NCBI GenBank assembly: GCA_907165135.1
Contig: OU015567.1
Location: forward strand, 6,882,001 to 6,946,000
Direction of reading: 5' to 3'
Origin: Oikopleura dioica
Lineage: Eukaryota > Animalia > Chordata
DNA: 64,000 nucleotides
Below are positions 1-10,702 of the stretch, piece by piece. The notes beneath the pieces were generated by a model, which had not been told where the DNA came from, made no database searches, and saw only the letters and a program-made list of their open reading frames with translations. Numbering within the stretch: the stretch's first letter is position 1; the number at the start of each line of letters is the position of its first letter. Position numbers and translations under genes: made by a program.

Positions 1-76
1 TGATCATTTTTTCTTTTAAAAAATTGACTTTTTGACATCAAATTCTAAAAAAACTCTGAAAAATAGTCTCTTTTCC

Positions 77-300
77 AGGGGCGAAGCCCCTGATTCACCC
101 CCTTTTCCATTATTTTGAATTGCGGGGTAAATCAGGGGCTTTGCCCCTGAAAAGAAACTATTTTACCCCCTCCCAAATCCTTTATTGCGGATTTGGGGTT
201 GAATGAGGGCTTCGCCCCCTGGAACCCCTTTTGATTCACCTCTCTTTTCCTTTATTGTGAATTGGGGGTTGAATGAGGGGGCTTCGCCCCTGGAACCCTT
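77..300. repeat. Cluster of GGGGC-N3-GCCCC mini-hairpins (repeat remnant)
   Basis: aggggcgaagcccct (~77), aggggctttgcccct (~134) and two ggggttgaatgagg(g)gcttcgcccc(c)tggaaccc direct copies (~195, ~266). The same hairpin type recurs at ~8216-8280. Confidence 0.6.
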
Positions 301-870
301 TTGAGGGAAAGTCAAATATTTTTCATTTCGAAGTTGATTTCTAAAAGCAGTCTGGTCGACAAAAATCCTCTGCTTGAAGCTGGACCTTTTCAGGATCCAT
401 GACAAGTTGGGGTTAGCTGACGGAAGCTTCAAAATGAGAATTGTGATTTGAGGTTTCCCCTGGCGCTTCCGCTGAGAAACGATGTGGAGAGCCACGTTCA
501 ATATTTGAATTGACGGTCAAGGGCGATAGTACAGTGTGAGCGAAGCAAGCGCGCGCTAGAATGGAAAGATATCTGGCCGTTGTCAGTTCGTTTGTAAATT
601 GTGATCCGACGGATCTCGCAATCAATGACAGTGTCGCCTTCGAGCACCTTGGGAACCTCTCGAGTCGTGCCTAGCGCATCCCACGTGACCTGGATCGCCG
701 GGAATTGTGATTCTTGCTAATTGACCTTGACGATGCTAGTATCAAAGCGACCTTTTATTTGACTAGCTCCTAGAAGCTCTAAAGTTGAAAAAGAGACTTT
801 TTGAAGTTTTATTTGCAGTTTGACAGTTATTGTAAATTACAGTATATTCGTAAGCAAGAAGAATACTCGG

Positions 871-1161
871 CTCTGATTGGCTGAAAACCCCTATAACGCG
901 TAAATGTCATGATCTGGGCTCGGAATCCTGTGCAGAAAACCTGAGTCAGGATCTGAAAGATCTTTGAAGAAAAGCCGCGTAGCGGCTTTTAAAACAAAGC
1001 CGCAAAGCGGCTTTTTAAAACCAAGCCGCAAAGCGGCTTTGCTAGAATTTCGAGCGGCTTTTCATTAAACATTTTTCAGATCCTGACTCAGGTTTTCTAC
1101 ACAGGATTCCGAGCCCAGATCATGACATTTAGGCGTTATAGGGATTTTCAGCCAATCAGAG
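871..1161. mobile_element. MITE family A, longest copy (~90-bp inverted arms, internal AAGCCGC-N4-GCGGCTT hairpins)
   Basis: Left arm ctctgattggctgaaaa...ctcggaatcctgtgcagaaaacctgagtcagg is mirrored by cctgactcaggttttctacacaggattccgag...ttttcagccaatcagag; three internal aagccgc/gcggctt hairpins. Confidence 0.9.
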
Positions 1162-1934
1162 GTGAGCATTTGTATTTAAACTTTGAGAGCTTAGTGCCTC
1201 AACTGTAGTTACTTGAGAACGCGTGCTAGAATCAAAAATAAGCAAAAAGATGTCAGAACGCGAGGCGATCAACCCAAGGTCGCAGTTTTGACCAACAACA
1301 AGCAGCAAAAATAAACGCAAAGTTGGCAAAAAGTGCTGCCACTTTCTCGTTTTTGAAAATTGATGGAATTTGTCGCTCAGGTTGATCAAACTAATACCGC
1401 GCTTAAATTTTACTAAAAACGGATCAATTCAAATTGGCGAAAGCGGATTTGACAACTCCGAATTCTTGGCGAAATTTGAGTTATTACTTGAAGCTTGCTA
1501 ACGGTCGATTATTCGCCGAGCTAATCAGCAATTATGATCGGTCTTGGTGCCTACAATCGTAAATTTAAAATTAGAAAATAAATTATTTTGAAATTAACGA
1601 CGCTAATTAAAATGTTCAATAACTCTTCAAATTTTTAAAACATCCGGAAAGTTAATTACCGTTTATTACCGATTTTTTATTAATTTTGAGTCATCAAAGC
1701 GGGATTCTAGCGCTTTCTTTTTGCATAGAACGTAATTTCCTAAACACCAATTTCGAGAGCAAGGAACAACGCAAACTGAGTTTGACGTTCCCAGCAATTT
1801 CCACTCGAGTGTTTTTCTCACATTCGAAAGCTAGAAAATCAAGAAAATCAGGACGCTGACATATTCAAACGTTCCATCGTCTCACAAAACAAAACTCACA
1901 ACTTTCAATTTCGGGAAATAAAGTCACCTTTTTA

Positions 1935-2188
1935 AGGGTTTCCCAAGACAAATCATCGAGAAGACCGATTGCGGCTTCGAGTAGAAGAAAGATAGTAGCC
2001 GCGCGAAGCGCACCTTTTCGGTTCTTTTACTCGAAGCCGCAATCGGTCTTCTCGATGATAGGTCTTGGAAACCCTTAAAAGGTGACTTTATTTCGCGAGA
2101 TTGAAAGTTGTAAGATTTGCGGCTTCGAGTTAAAGGTCTGAAAAGCCGCACTTGGCGCGGCTACTATCTTTTTCAACTCGAAGCCGCT
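1935..2188. repeat. Inverted-repeat element(s) with gcggcttcgag/ctcgaagccgc arms
   Basis: ~55-bp arms at 1935-1989 and 2023-2076, plus a second hairpin at ~2120-2188 sharing the gcggcttcgag motif. Confidence 0.75.
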
Positions 2189-2655
2189 TGAAAAGGAAAA
2201 GCTCTATGTTCGAAAATGATCAATTTACGATGAAAACGATCTTCAAAAAGGTAAAGTTAGAAAATCGAATGATCGAATTTTACGATGCATTATTTTGATG
2301 TTGTAGCAGAATTATTCCTTGTTTAGCAAGATTTGAAAAAGATCCTCTTTATTTCAATCAATTGCTTCCAATTCTTTCCTTTTTTTCCTGGTATTGATTT
2401 CAAATTACGTTTTATTCAGCTCGCCGCGGTTATGGGGATAATTCCATTTCTGAAAACTGAAAAGAAACACCCTTGAAAGGCGCGCGGCCTCAATAATCGA
2501 CCCATCTTTTTCCCAACTCTCTTCTTTTGAAATTTTTCTTCAATGCAAGCACTTCAAAGGGATGACTTCAAAATGCTACCAAATGAAAACCACTAAACTT
2601 CCAAAAGAATATTTGATGCTTCTTCTTTTGGATTCAACTTTAAACAGTAACAGAG

Positions 2656-2883
2656 TTCGGCAACCTGTGTAAAAAGCCTGAGTCAGGTTCTAAAGAGCCA
2701 AAATTGAAAGCCGCGTAGCGGCTTTTAAAACGAAGCCGCAGAGCGGCTTCGGAACGTCATTTCTTTAATCTAGTATTATATACTTGCGAAGCCGCTTTGC
2801 GGCTTCGTTTTGAAAAGCCGCTACGCGGCTTTTCATTTTGGCTCTTCAGAACCTGACTCAGGCTTTCGACAAAGGTTTCCGAG
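2656..2883. mobile_element. MITE family A copy
   Basis: tcggcaacctgtgtaaaaagcctgagtcagg ... cctgactcaggctttcgacaaaggtttccgag with four internal hairpins. Confidence 0.85.
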
Positions 2884-3228
2884 CACTGAACTTGTCCTAG
2901 AATGTACTATTTAGGCGCGATTAGTGCCTTAGTGCTTCTGAAAAAGGCATAGTTGGATTAGCGGGCGAGCAGAATTTGTTCCGGATGTTCGGCTGGAGCG
3001 AAGTTCCGCCTTCGGCACGTTTGTTGAAAGCTTCCAGACTTGCCAGAGTCCAGAAACCGATTTATCCTCCAAAATATTTACCGCAGGCACGAGCCAGTAC
3101 AGTACTCAGACAGCTTGGCTCTCTTTTTTGAGTAATCCGTGGCCTCTTTTCCTGTTTGTTATTTTGTGTCCACAACAGTTCTTCTTTTCCGCAAGAAATT
3201 TCTTTTCATCATTTTTTGAGAACAGGGT

Positions 3229-3393
3229 CTGGGCTCAGAAACCTGTGTAGAAAACCTGAGTCAGGTTCTGATGAGCTTTTCATTCAATACTGGCGAAGCC
3301 GCTTTGCCGCTTCGTTAAAAAGCCGCTACGCGGCTTATCATTAGAGCTCTTCTGAACCTGACTCAGGTTTTCTACACAGGTTGCCGAGCCCAG
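3229..3393. mobile_element. MITE family A copy
   Basis: ctgggctcagaaacctgtgtagaaaacctgagtcagg ... cctgactcaggttttctacacaggttgccgagcccag with two internal hairpins. Confidence 0.9.
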
Positions 3394-5562
3394 GAGCGTT
3401 TTTCTGTTTGGGTTAATATTCGTTATCTGTAGAATCAATTCTAAAATTTGATCTGTCAAAATAAACGCCCGGGCGGCTGCGCGCTGTTCTATTTGAATTC
3501 AAAGAGCATTTTAATCGGCCGATAAAAGATTCTCGTAAAGAATCCCTTCCTCGACTAGTGGGGACATGTTATTTCTGATTTAGCCTCCGTTGCGCCAGAT
3601 AAGTCACTTTGCTTTGGATCGGGCCAAAGTTGGACAAATAAACCGGCCTGGAATCTTCATGAAATCAAGGAATGATGGGAAGGAGTCAGAGCTCCCCTGA
3701 ACTTCACGATAATAATAATTGAATGACTCAGCGAAATCGAATTTTGAGGGTTTGAAAGCTCAAGAATCCTGAGTCAGGAATTTCTGGAAATAAATTATTA
3801 CGATTGAAAAAGGGCTGACAAAGGGTTAATCCAATTCACTGCAGCTCGAATCGTCCTGGGCTTGGAAAACAAGGGCGTTTTATTTACAGTTAAAGTAACA
3901 CAATTTGTCGAATTGTCTACAAACTAAGAGAACCTTGGCAGGAACCAAGAGGGCGCGTATTTTTTTAATAACCGACAATAAGGGCTAAAACAACAGTCCA
4001 TTTCAAAATGGGAAGAAAGTTCCCAGCTCTTCAAGCCTCAAATCAAATGTGGATATTATGGTATTTTGAGTCGTCAACCCGCTTTGAAGTTTATATAATG
4101 AACTGCACAAGTAACGATTAAAATAATTAAAATAATAAAACACTGATTATTTTGCTTGTCTTGTTCACTTTCTGGGAATCTTCAAAGATCCAATTAATTT
4201 TACTTGCAATTAAATTATTTTACTATTTTGCATTCGAGCATCTTTTTAATTGCAACAGGGAAAACAAGAGAACTTGCCATACGAGAAAGCGCTCTTTGTT
4301 AACAAAGCAGATCAAGGAATAAAAGCAAAAAGGAGGGAACGAGGGTAGATCTTATTTTGATGGTGTTATGTAATTAATTATTTGACTTTCTATTTTCTAG
4401 CGACACGAAGATTAATATAATTCGCCAGAAAGTTGGAACTGAAAAGCACTCTATTCTATTCGATATTTCGACTGAAAATATTATCACTAACCACCGCTTT
4501 TTTCTCGTTGTTCATCGCTTTCGTCCTTGAGTATTATTTAACCCGATGGTTACATGTTGTGACAAGTTGCTCAATTGGGCCGGAGCAGTCTTTATCGCCG
4601 ATCGCACCAGATAAGGAAGGTTTTTTCATCCGCTCCTCCAGTCCGTTAATTGCTCCATTACGTCCAATTCGTTGTTACATAACAACACGGCAAACGAAAG
4701 TACAGAGAGAAAGCCAAATACTGTTGTATTTCGTCGAAGTCTAATTTGAAGAAGTCCAATTAAGACGGTGAGATCATAAAAAGCGAGGTTTAAATTGGAG
4801 CAGCGTATATGTGACGTAGAAAATGACGTCTTCTGATTGATACCTCACCACTCAATTCTTGGTGCTAGAAATAGATATCGCTCACTACGAACGTACAGGA
4901 AGCGGTCACATTCAGATGACCAGTAAGGGTAGACGCCGTAAAAGAGTAAGGGAATAATTTGAGCATCCTTTCAGTTTGCTCTTTAAAAAACAGGATAAAG
5001 CGTTCCCTTGATAAGGAAGATAAGGATATTGAGACTTTCCCGATGCGAAGAATTTTGGAGAAAAGTCTAACAAGACCATTTCGATGTCTTTTTTTCTTGA
5101 GACAATTGTCTGAATTCGTGTTCTTTTCGATTTGTTACTCGACAAAAAGTTGGCTTGAACCCAAGAGAACTTCCAGGTCGACTTAATCTGCTCGGGTCAA
5201 TGTTTTTGACATTTGAAAATGTCTTGGGCACATTTTCAGTCTCCTCGCTATTGATTTCAATTTTACCGTACTGAACTTGCTTACTATTAGTAATGTTAGC
5301 AAGTAAGGCCTTCCCGGTTTAGGGAAGATGCGATCAATTGAATTAATTTGAAATAATGAGGCATAATAAAACACTTACGCTCGAGTGGGGTCACGATCAG
5401 TCATTTATTCTTTCCGTAATTTTAAGTGCTGCAAAAAGGTGTTATTATGATGGAATAGTGAATAAATTGGATTCTGGGAAACAAAATGCTTTAACTCGCA
5501 GCTTTTCTTTTCCAATTAAAAGCACCTTATCTGAAGCAATGCAACAGGTTAGATCACTTTAA

Positions 5563-5758
5563 CCCGTTGCCGAGCGCGTAGCAGTTTCGCTGCTACGACA
5601 CGCCCCGGGGCTCAAAATACGGCATTCTTATTGCCGTAGAAGGCAACGTTAAGGGTTAACCCGTTGCCAAGCGATAGCCCTAATAAGCCAATAAGCATGC
5701 AGTATTTCTAGTCTCAGGGCGTGTCGTGGAATAAAATTGCAACGCGCGCGGCAACGGG
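5563..5758. mobile_element. piggyBac-like non-autonomous element (TTAA TSD)
   Basis: TTAA (5559-5562) + CCCGTTGCCG ... CGGCAACGGG + TTAA (5759-5762); ~21-bp TIR with 2 mismatches; internal cgacacgccc/gggcgtgtcg inverted pair. TTAA TSD and CCC termini are piggyBac hallmarks. Confidence 0.85.
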
Positions 5759-8003
5759 TTAAGTACTTTTTTAGTGCATTTCCTACGTTTTAGGAATTTG
5801 TTTGGGAAAGTCTTTCTGGCGAAAAAGTACAGTGATTAAATTTCTGATAAGAGCGGATTAAAGACATCACCAAGTGCAAATTTTTTCACTGGCGCTTTAT
5901 GTAAATGTAAATACAGTGTAGACAGGTACTCGTGAATTTGCAAATTTTTTCCTTGGTCGATTTCTGTGATTTCTAAGGGGCTCTTTCTGGCTTTATTTTA
6001 ACAGCGCTTTGGTGAGTGATTCCCATGGAGACCTTGACACTTGCTCGGAGATCAACCCAGCTGCCGGACGACTAGAAAATGTTTGGCTTGCCTGACATTA
6101 TGGAGAATAATAATCTCACACGTTCCTTCTTTGATAAACATCGCATAGCTTTGTTGACTTTCTTGAACAGCTCTTTTTATCGCGCAAGTTGACAAGTTGA
6201 AATTCAAAATAGAAAAAAAAACCTCGAAGACTGTCTACTAGACTTTCTACGGCTAGAATCGTCATCGGCAAGTCCCAAAATTGACAATCCCGGAGGAAAA
6301 TCTTCGATTTTCAAAGAAAATTTTTGCAATATTTTTGAAATTTTTATTCCATTTTTTCCCTCAAAAGCGTTTTTTGGACTAGAGATGAAAGGCATTCCAA
6401 GTCCGATTCGCTAGAATTACGGTAGCACCAACAGCTGATCGGTAGTAAACCTGAAAAAAGCGATAAGAAAAAATGATAAGAATGAACCGTTCCAAGCTGG
6501 CCACGGCAAGAAAGAATGCAACGAAGAGTGTGTTAAATGTTCTGGATAAATATTTTAACATTGAGTTTCACCGATAAGACGGCGTCTGTTATCAGAGACG
6601 GCGGGTAACAAAAAGATAACGTTGTGCTTCCTGATTCGGAAAGCGGAAAAATTTCTTCGCCGAAGCACGTCTAGAATGGACACCGCTCTGACATGATATT
6701 TTGAACTTGATTCCCTTATCGCTCCTAAATAAGGACCGATAGCTCCAGCGACTGATAAAAAATTACTAAATTCAAAGCAGATTCTGACCTAACTAAAGGA
6801 CGAGTTACGTAATCACAAGTTCAAACGAACTTCTATAGAACAGTGGCGCTACTGTAGCAATTTCTCATTATTTTGACGATAGAGAGTACAGTGTCAAGTT
6901 ATTCACTCTCGAGCGGCTTCCGGAAAAGCGCGGTGGCATTCTCCTCGCGCTGGTCGACAGTAAATATTGCCAAACATCACTAAGGCGACCTAAAAGCAGA
7001 AACAACTGCTCGACAGTTAGTAACTCAGGAGGGTAGAAAATACTCTCGCGTTTTTGCTTCGCTGGAACTGCTGGTACAAGCTCGTTAACAAAGAAAAAGC
7101 CTGTGTTTTTTGAAAACAAACGAGAACTTGTAAGTCGAGTTTATAACTAAGAAGATAATTTCAATTTCTATTTTTCGATTATACAAAATGGCAGAACTGA
7201 AAATGGAGGAAACCATGTTTGCCGCTAAATACGAAATAGCAAATTCGTAAATTCGTAAATTCGCTTTTTTTCTTGTTATTTTGGAAATGGACACTAGCCG
7301 CGAAATGGGTACTTCCTTCATGAGCTAATTCAACCGCTAATTTCACCCCGGCCAAAGTAGAAACCAAAAATACACAACAGCCATCGCCAGAACCAGACTC
7401 AGCCTCTGCGGGCGATTATAAAAGACCAGAAGTGCGAATTACTCGCAATTTACTGCCTTTTTTTCAGGTTCTTGCAAGGTTGCCAACGAACACTTCAACT
7501 AAAGAATAAAAAAAATAGACAAGAACCCTATTAAAAACGATAATAAGGCCGGTAAAAGGCGATTTACGCTCAATTAAATTGTAAAAAATGAAGTAAAAAT
7601 GATAAATCGACGCTCAAAGTTCACCTGGTTTCATTCCTAATTGAGGCCTTAAATTTATGGCCTTTTTGGCGAAAAGGGTAAAAATGCGATCTGATCCTGG
7701 AAAATGAAAATTACGGAACTGAAACGATGGCGGAACGACAATATCGCTCGTTATCGCGTATTAGATTCGAGCTATCACTCCGCCAGTGCATATTTGGCTG
7801 AAGGGGTAACAAACAGTTAAAGAGGAACTAATTTACCTCCCTGCCGAAAATGATGGACTTATCTGAAGCTGCTCTAATAGAAATCAAAATCTGCAAATTG
7901 CCTATTTTTATCTTCTTTTGCAAATAAATTCCGTCTCCTACGATTATATAATCAAAGAATGTTGAGAATGAAGAATATTATATTTGCAGCGTTTCTACAT
8001 TTA

Positions 8004-9170
8004 CTAGCAATATGGCGTTCGCATTTGGTCAATTTTTCGTCTGCAACAAGGACATCTTGAATTTTTCATCTTGATTTTTTCCGCGCAGCCTTCGCAAACT
8101 ACCTGATGCCAGCTTTTTCTGGTTCCCTTCTGTTATATTCAAAGGGTTAGGGTTAGGACTCTCAAGGTAGTAGGGGGCTATCATTCGAGCTGCCTCTAAC
8201 CCTAAACCTTACCCATGGGGCTACGCCCCCCCCCCCCGGGACCCCCCACCTAACGCCTAACCAAGGGGGCTTTGCCCCCGGACCAGGGCGGTATAATTTG
8301 CATTCTTGTAAATAATCTCGAAAATTTGCGAGATTAATCTTCTTTGGAAAAAGATTCTGAGATTAGTCAAGACTGGACTAGTTTCGAGATTAATCTTTTT
8401 AGCGAGGGTCGCGTGGCTCGGGGGAAAAATTTTGGTGGCGCTGGCGAGCTGTGAGCAGTGCGAGGCGGCGCGGACAAAATTTCAAGCTGCGCTCCAAGCA
8501 TGTTTGAGTTTCATTTTCTCTCGCGCCGTCGGCCATTGGTCCACCAATCACAGCGCGTTTCAAGATTATTTGAAATAATCTCGGAACTATTTCGAAAATT
8601 TCCCGAATTAATCTTTTATTCAAACAGACTAATCTCGCGTCGAGATTAATCTTATAAGAATAAATGAATAGTCTTCGGAAAAAGACTATTTACAAGAATG
8701 CAAATTATACCGCCCTGCCCCGGACCCCCTTAAGAGTTCTCAGTCCCTAACCCTAACCACTAGCCCAGATTCTAGAGAGATCGGATGGCTCGAATGATAA
8801 CCTCTCTCTACGCTTTTCGATCTAAGAGTCGAGTTCAAAAATTCAGGAACCGAAATCAAGGAAGAAAAACAGTCGCTTTTTGCTTTTCGTGGCAGATTAT
8901 ACACGGCTGTTCGAAAACTGTTCGCTCAAAATCCGCATCTAAAAGCACTTTCTTCTCCGTTTAACCCATTCTCGCAGACCTGTCACATGTGAGCCATTTT
9001 TGTTTCCACCATTTTCGATCGCCACCTTTTCCAGTTTAAAAAGCAGCGGCTCCTCCTTGCTTCCATAAAGAATACTCGTTGTCGACATCTGAAGATAACA
9101 TTATCACTGCTACACTCTTACCTTCTTCTCTTTTACCAAAAAATAGATAAGTGTGGAAATTCTAAAATCA
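8004..9170 (-). CDS. C-terminal C3HC4 RING-finger protein (3' exons; 5' end unresolved; absent from ORF track)
   Basis: Hand-spliced: ...EQPCIICHEKQKATVFLP | C(W)HQVVCEGCAEKIKMKNSRCPCCRRKIDQMRTPYC*. 41-nt GT-AG intron at 8939-8979; the RING motif is split by 8113-8856. Confidence 0.7.
8144..8800. mobile_element. Composite inverted-repeat element with (TTAGGG)2-like termini, host of the nested hAT MITE
   Basis: gggttagggttagg (8144-8157) vs ccctaaccctaacc (8745-8758); tatcattcgagc vs gctcgaatgata; GGGGC-N3-GCCCC hairpins. Confidence 0.55.
8284..8717. mobile_element. Non-autonomous hAT element (family H2)
   Basis: Perfect 31-bp TIR cagggcggtataatttgcattcttgtaaata; 8-bp TSD ccccggac at 8276-8283 and 8718-8725; subterminal gagattaatc repeats. 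Confidence 0.92.
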
Positions 9171-10459
9171 TGGAAAACGCTATTTTTCTCTTTAGTTAGT
9201 TTGGGATCGATCAGAGCACTTTTTCGGCAAAAATCGATGCCAACTTCTGATCATCTCCGCTATCAAGCGTGTTTTAATTAAAATTAATACCCTTTTTTAT
9301 TCAAGTCAAGGGCGGACAGCGCATTCTAGTTGTTGAAAAAGTCCGAAGGCGTTAATTTTTAATTCACTTCACTAAACTGGACTCGTCGAAAAAGACATCA
9401 AAAAAAAAAGAAAGAAGTTAATTTATATTTTTGTTGCTACTATCACTGTACTTGAGCCCTGTTTAAGATCGTCAAGTAAAAATCTCTTTCTCTTACGATG
9501 ATAATTGAGGAGGGAAAATCAAGACCTCTGTCAGGCGTGCTCTGAGGGTTTAAAAGGGTTTGACGTGTTGCACGATAAATTCATATGTTATCGATTTTGC
9601 AGAGCTGAATATTACATCTCTGGACCTGCATGTGGATAAACTCGCCAGACTACAGGCAGAGGATCAATAATACTAAATCTTTCCTGAATACCAACACATG
9701 TCTCTTTTAACAATTTTAATAAATTTTATAAAATCGCTAGAAATCTTAAGGATAATATAAGGGAATATATCGCTGTTTCAAATCTTCATTCCTCGATTTA
9801 TGGGTGAAAACTTAAGGGTATCCCCAAGTAAGCAATTTTTCGCACTAGACCTATATCTGAGCTGTACTTTAGGATACCAATATCGGATAGATTCTTAAGG
9901 GTCTAAAGAGCGAAATAGCTGTTTGAAAATTAAGTCAAGGTCGATGGGGGGATCCTTAAATATAATTTACGAAAAATCATAAATCAAAAATTGAATTTGA
10001 TCTTGTACCTCTGGAAGCATTTCTACTCCTGACAAAAGACAGTTACTGATCTCTCAAGTGTATCCTAAAACAGGCTTAAAAAAAGTATGGGCCCTGAACT
10101 CTCGATGGTGCTTTGTGACCTTGACGAGCGAAATTGCCAAATTAAAGTTGCATGTCTTGTCAATGGGCAGCTAATTTCCTTCTCCTCTTTTTGATTGAGC
10201 CTTCTCCCAAGGCGGTGATTCTGAATTTGCGCCGAGTGTTCTGTAAAATATAAACCTGCCGGTATTGATTGAAAAAGATGATCGTATTCAAAAGGGACCA
10301 AATCTCACTGATCTTCTTCGTCGATAGCGGCGGGGATATTGGTAATTAGCGATTCTTATGAGATTAAATTAGCATAAGAATATTACCACCATTTACCACT
10401 TGAACTTCGGAGCGATCAGGACAGCTTTGAAGGACTTGATGATTCATACGCATTATGAC

Positions 10460-10549
10460 CTGGACTCGGCAACCTGTGCAGAAAACCTGAGTCAGGGTGA
10501 AAGATATTTTTTCCTGACTCAAGTTTTCTACTGATGTTGCCGAGCCCAG
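10460..10549. mobile_element. MITE family A minimal copy (no internal hairpins)
   Basis: ctggactcggcaacctgtgcagaaaacctgagtcagg ... cctgactcaagttttctactgatgttgccgagcccag; flanked by attatgac on both sides (TSD or decayed TIR extension). Confidence 0.85.
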
Positions 10550-10702
10550 ATTATGACCGCGCAATTTTGACAGCTGAAGAAATTTGATGATGCCTGTCTA
10601 TCAGACTCTACTCCAGTCGAAACTGACTCGATTCGAAATCGCGACTTTTCGAGATTCCCGAATATCGTCAGTTTTCTAGACGTTGCCAATTGCAAGCCAG
10701 AT

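Noticed and set aside
305-720. Possible minus-strand coding exons (QESQFPAIQVTW...; ITILILKLPSANPNLSW...)
   Set aside because: Protein-like but no recognisable domain or secure start and splice path.
6868-7119. Minus-strand ORF ELVPAVPAKQKRESIFYPPELL... as a terminal exon
   Set aside because: No upstream exons or family could be assigned.
10452-10557. Assigning MITE family A to hAT from the attatgac direct repeat
   Set aside because: Other copies lack a TSD, a similar atcatgac is part of the extended arm in the 871-1161 copy, and the termini are CTG rather than CAG/TAG.
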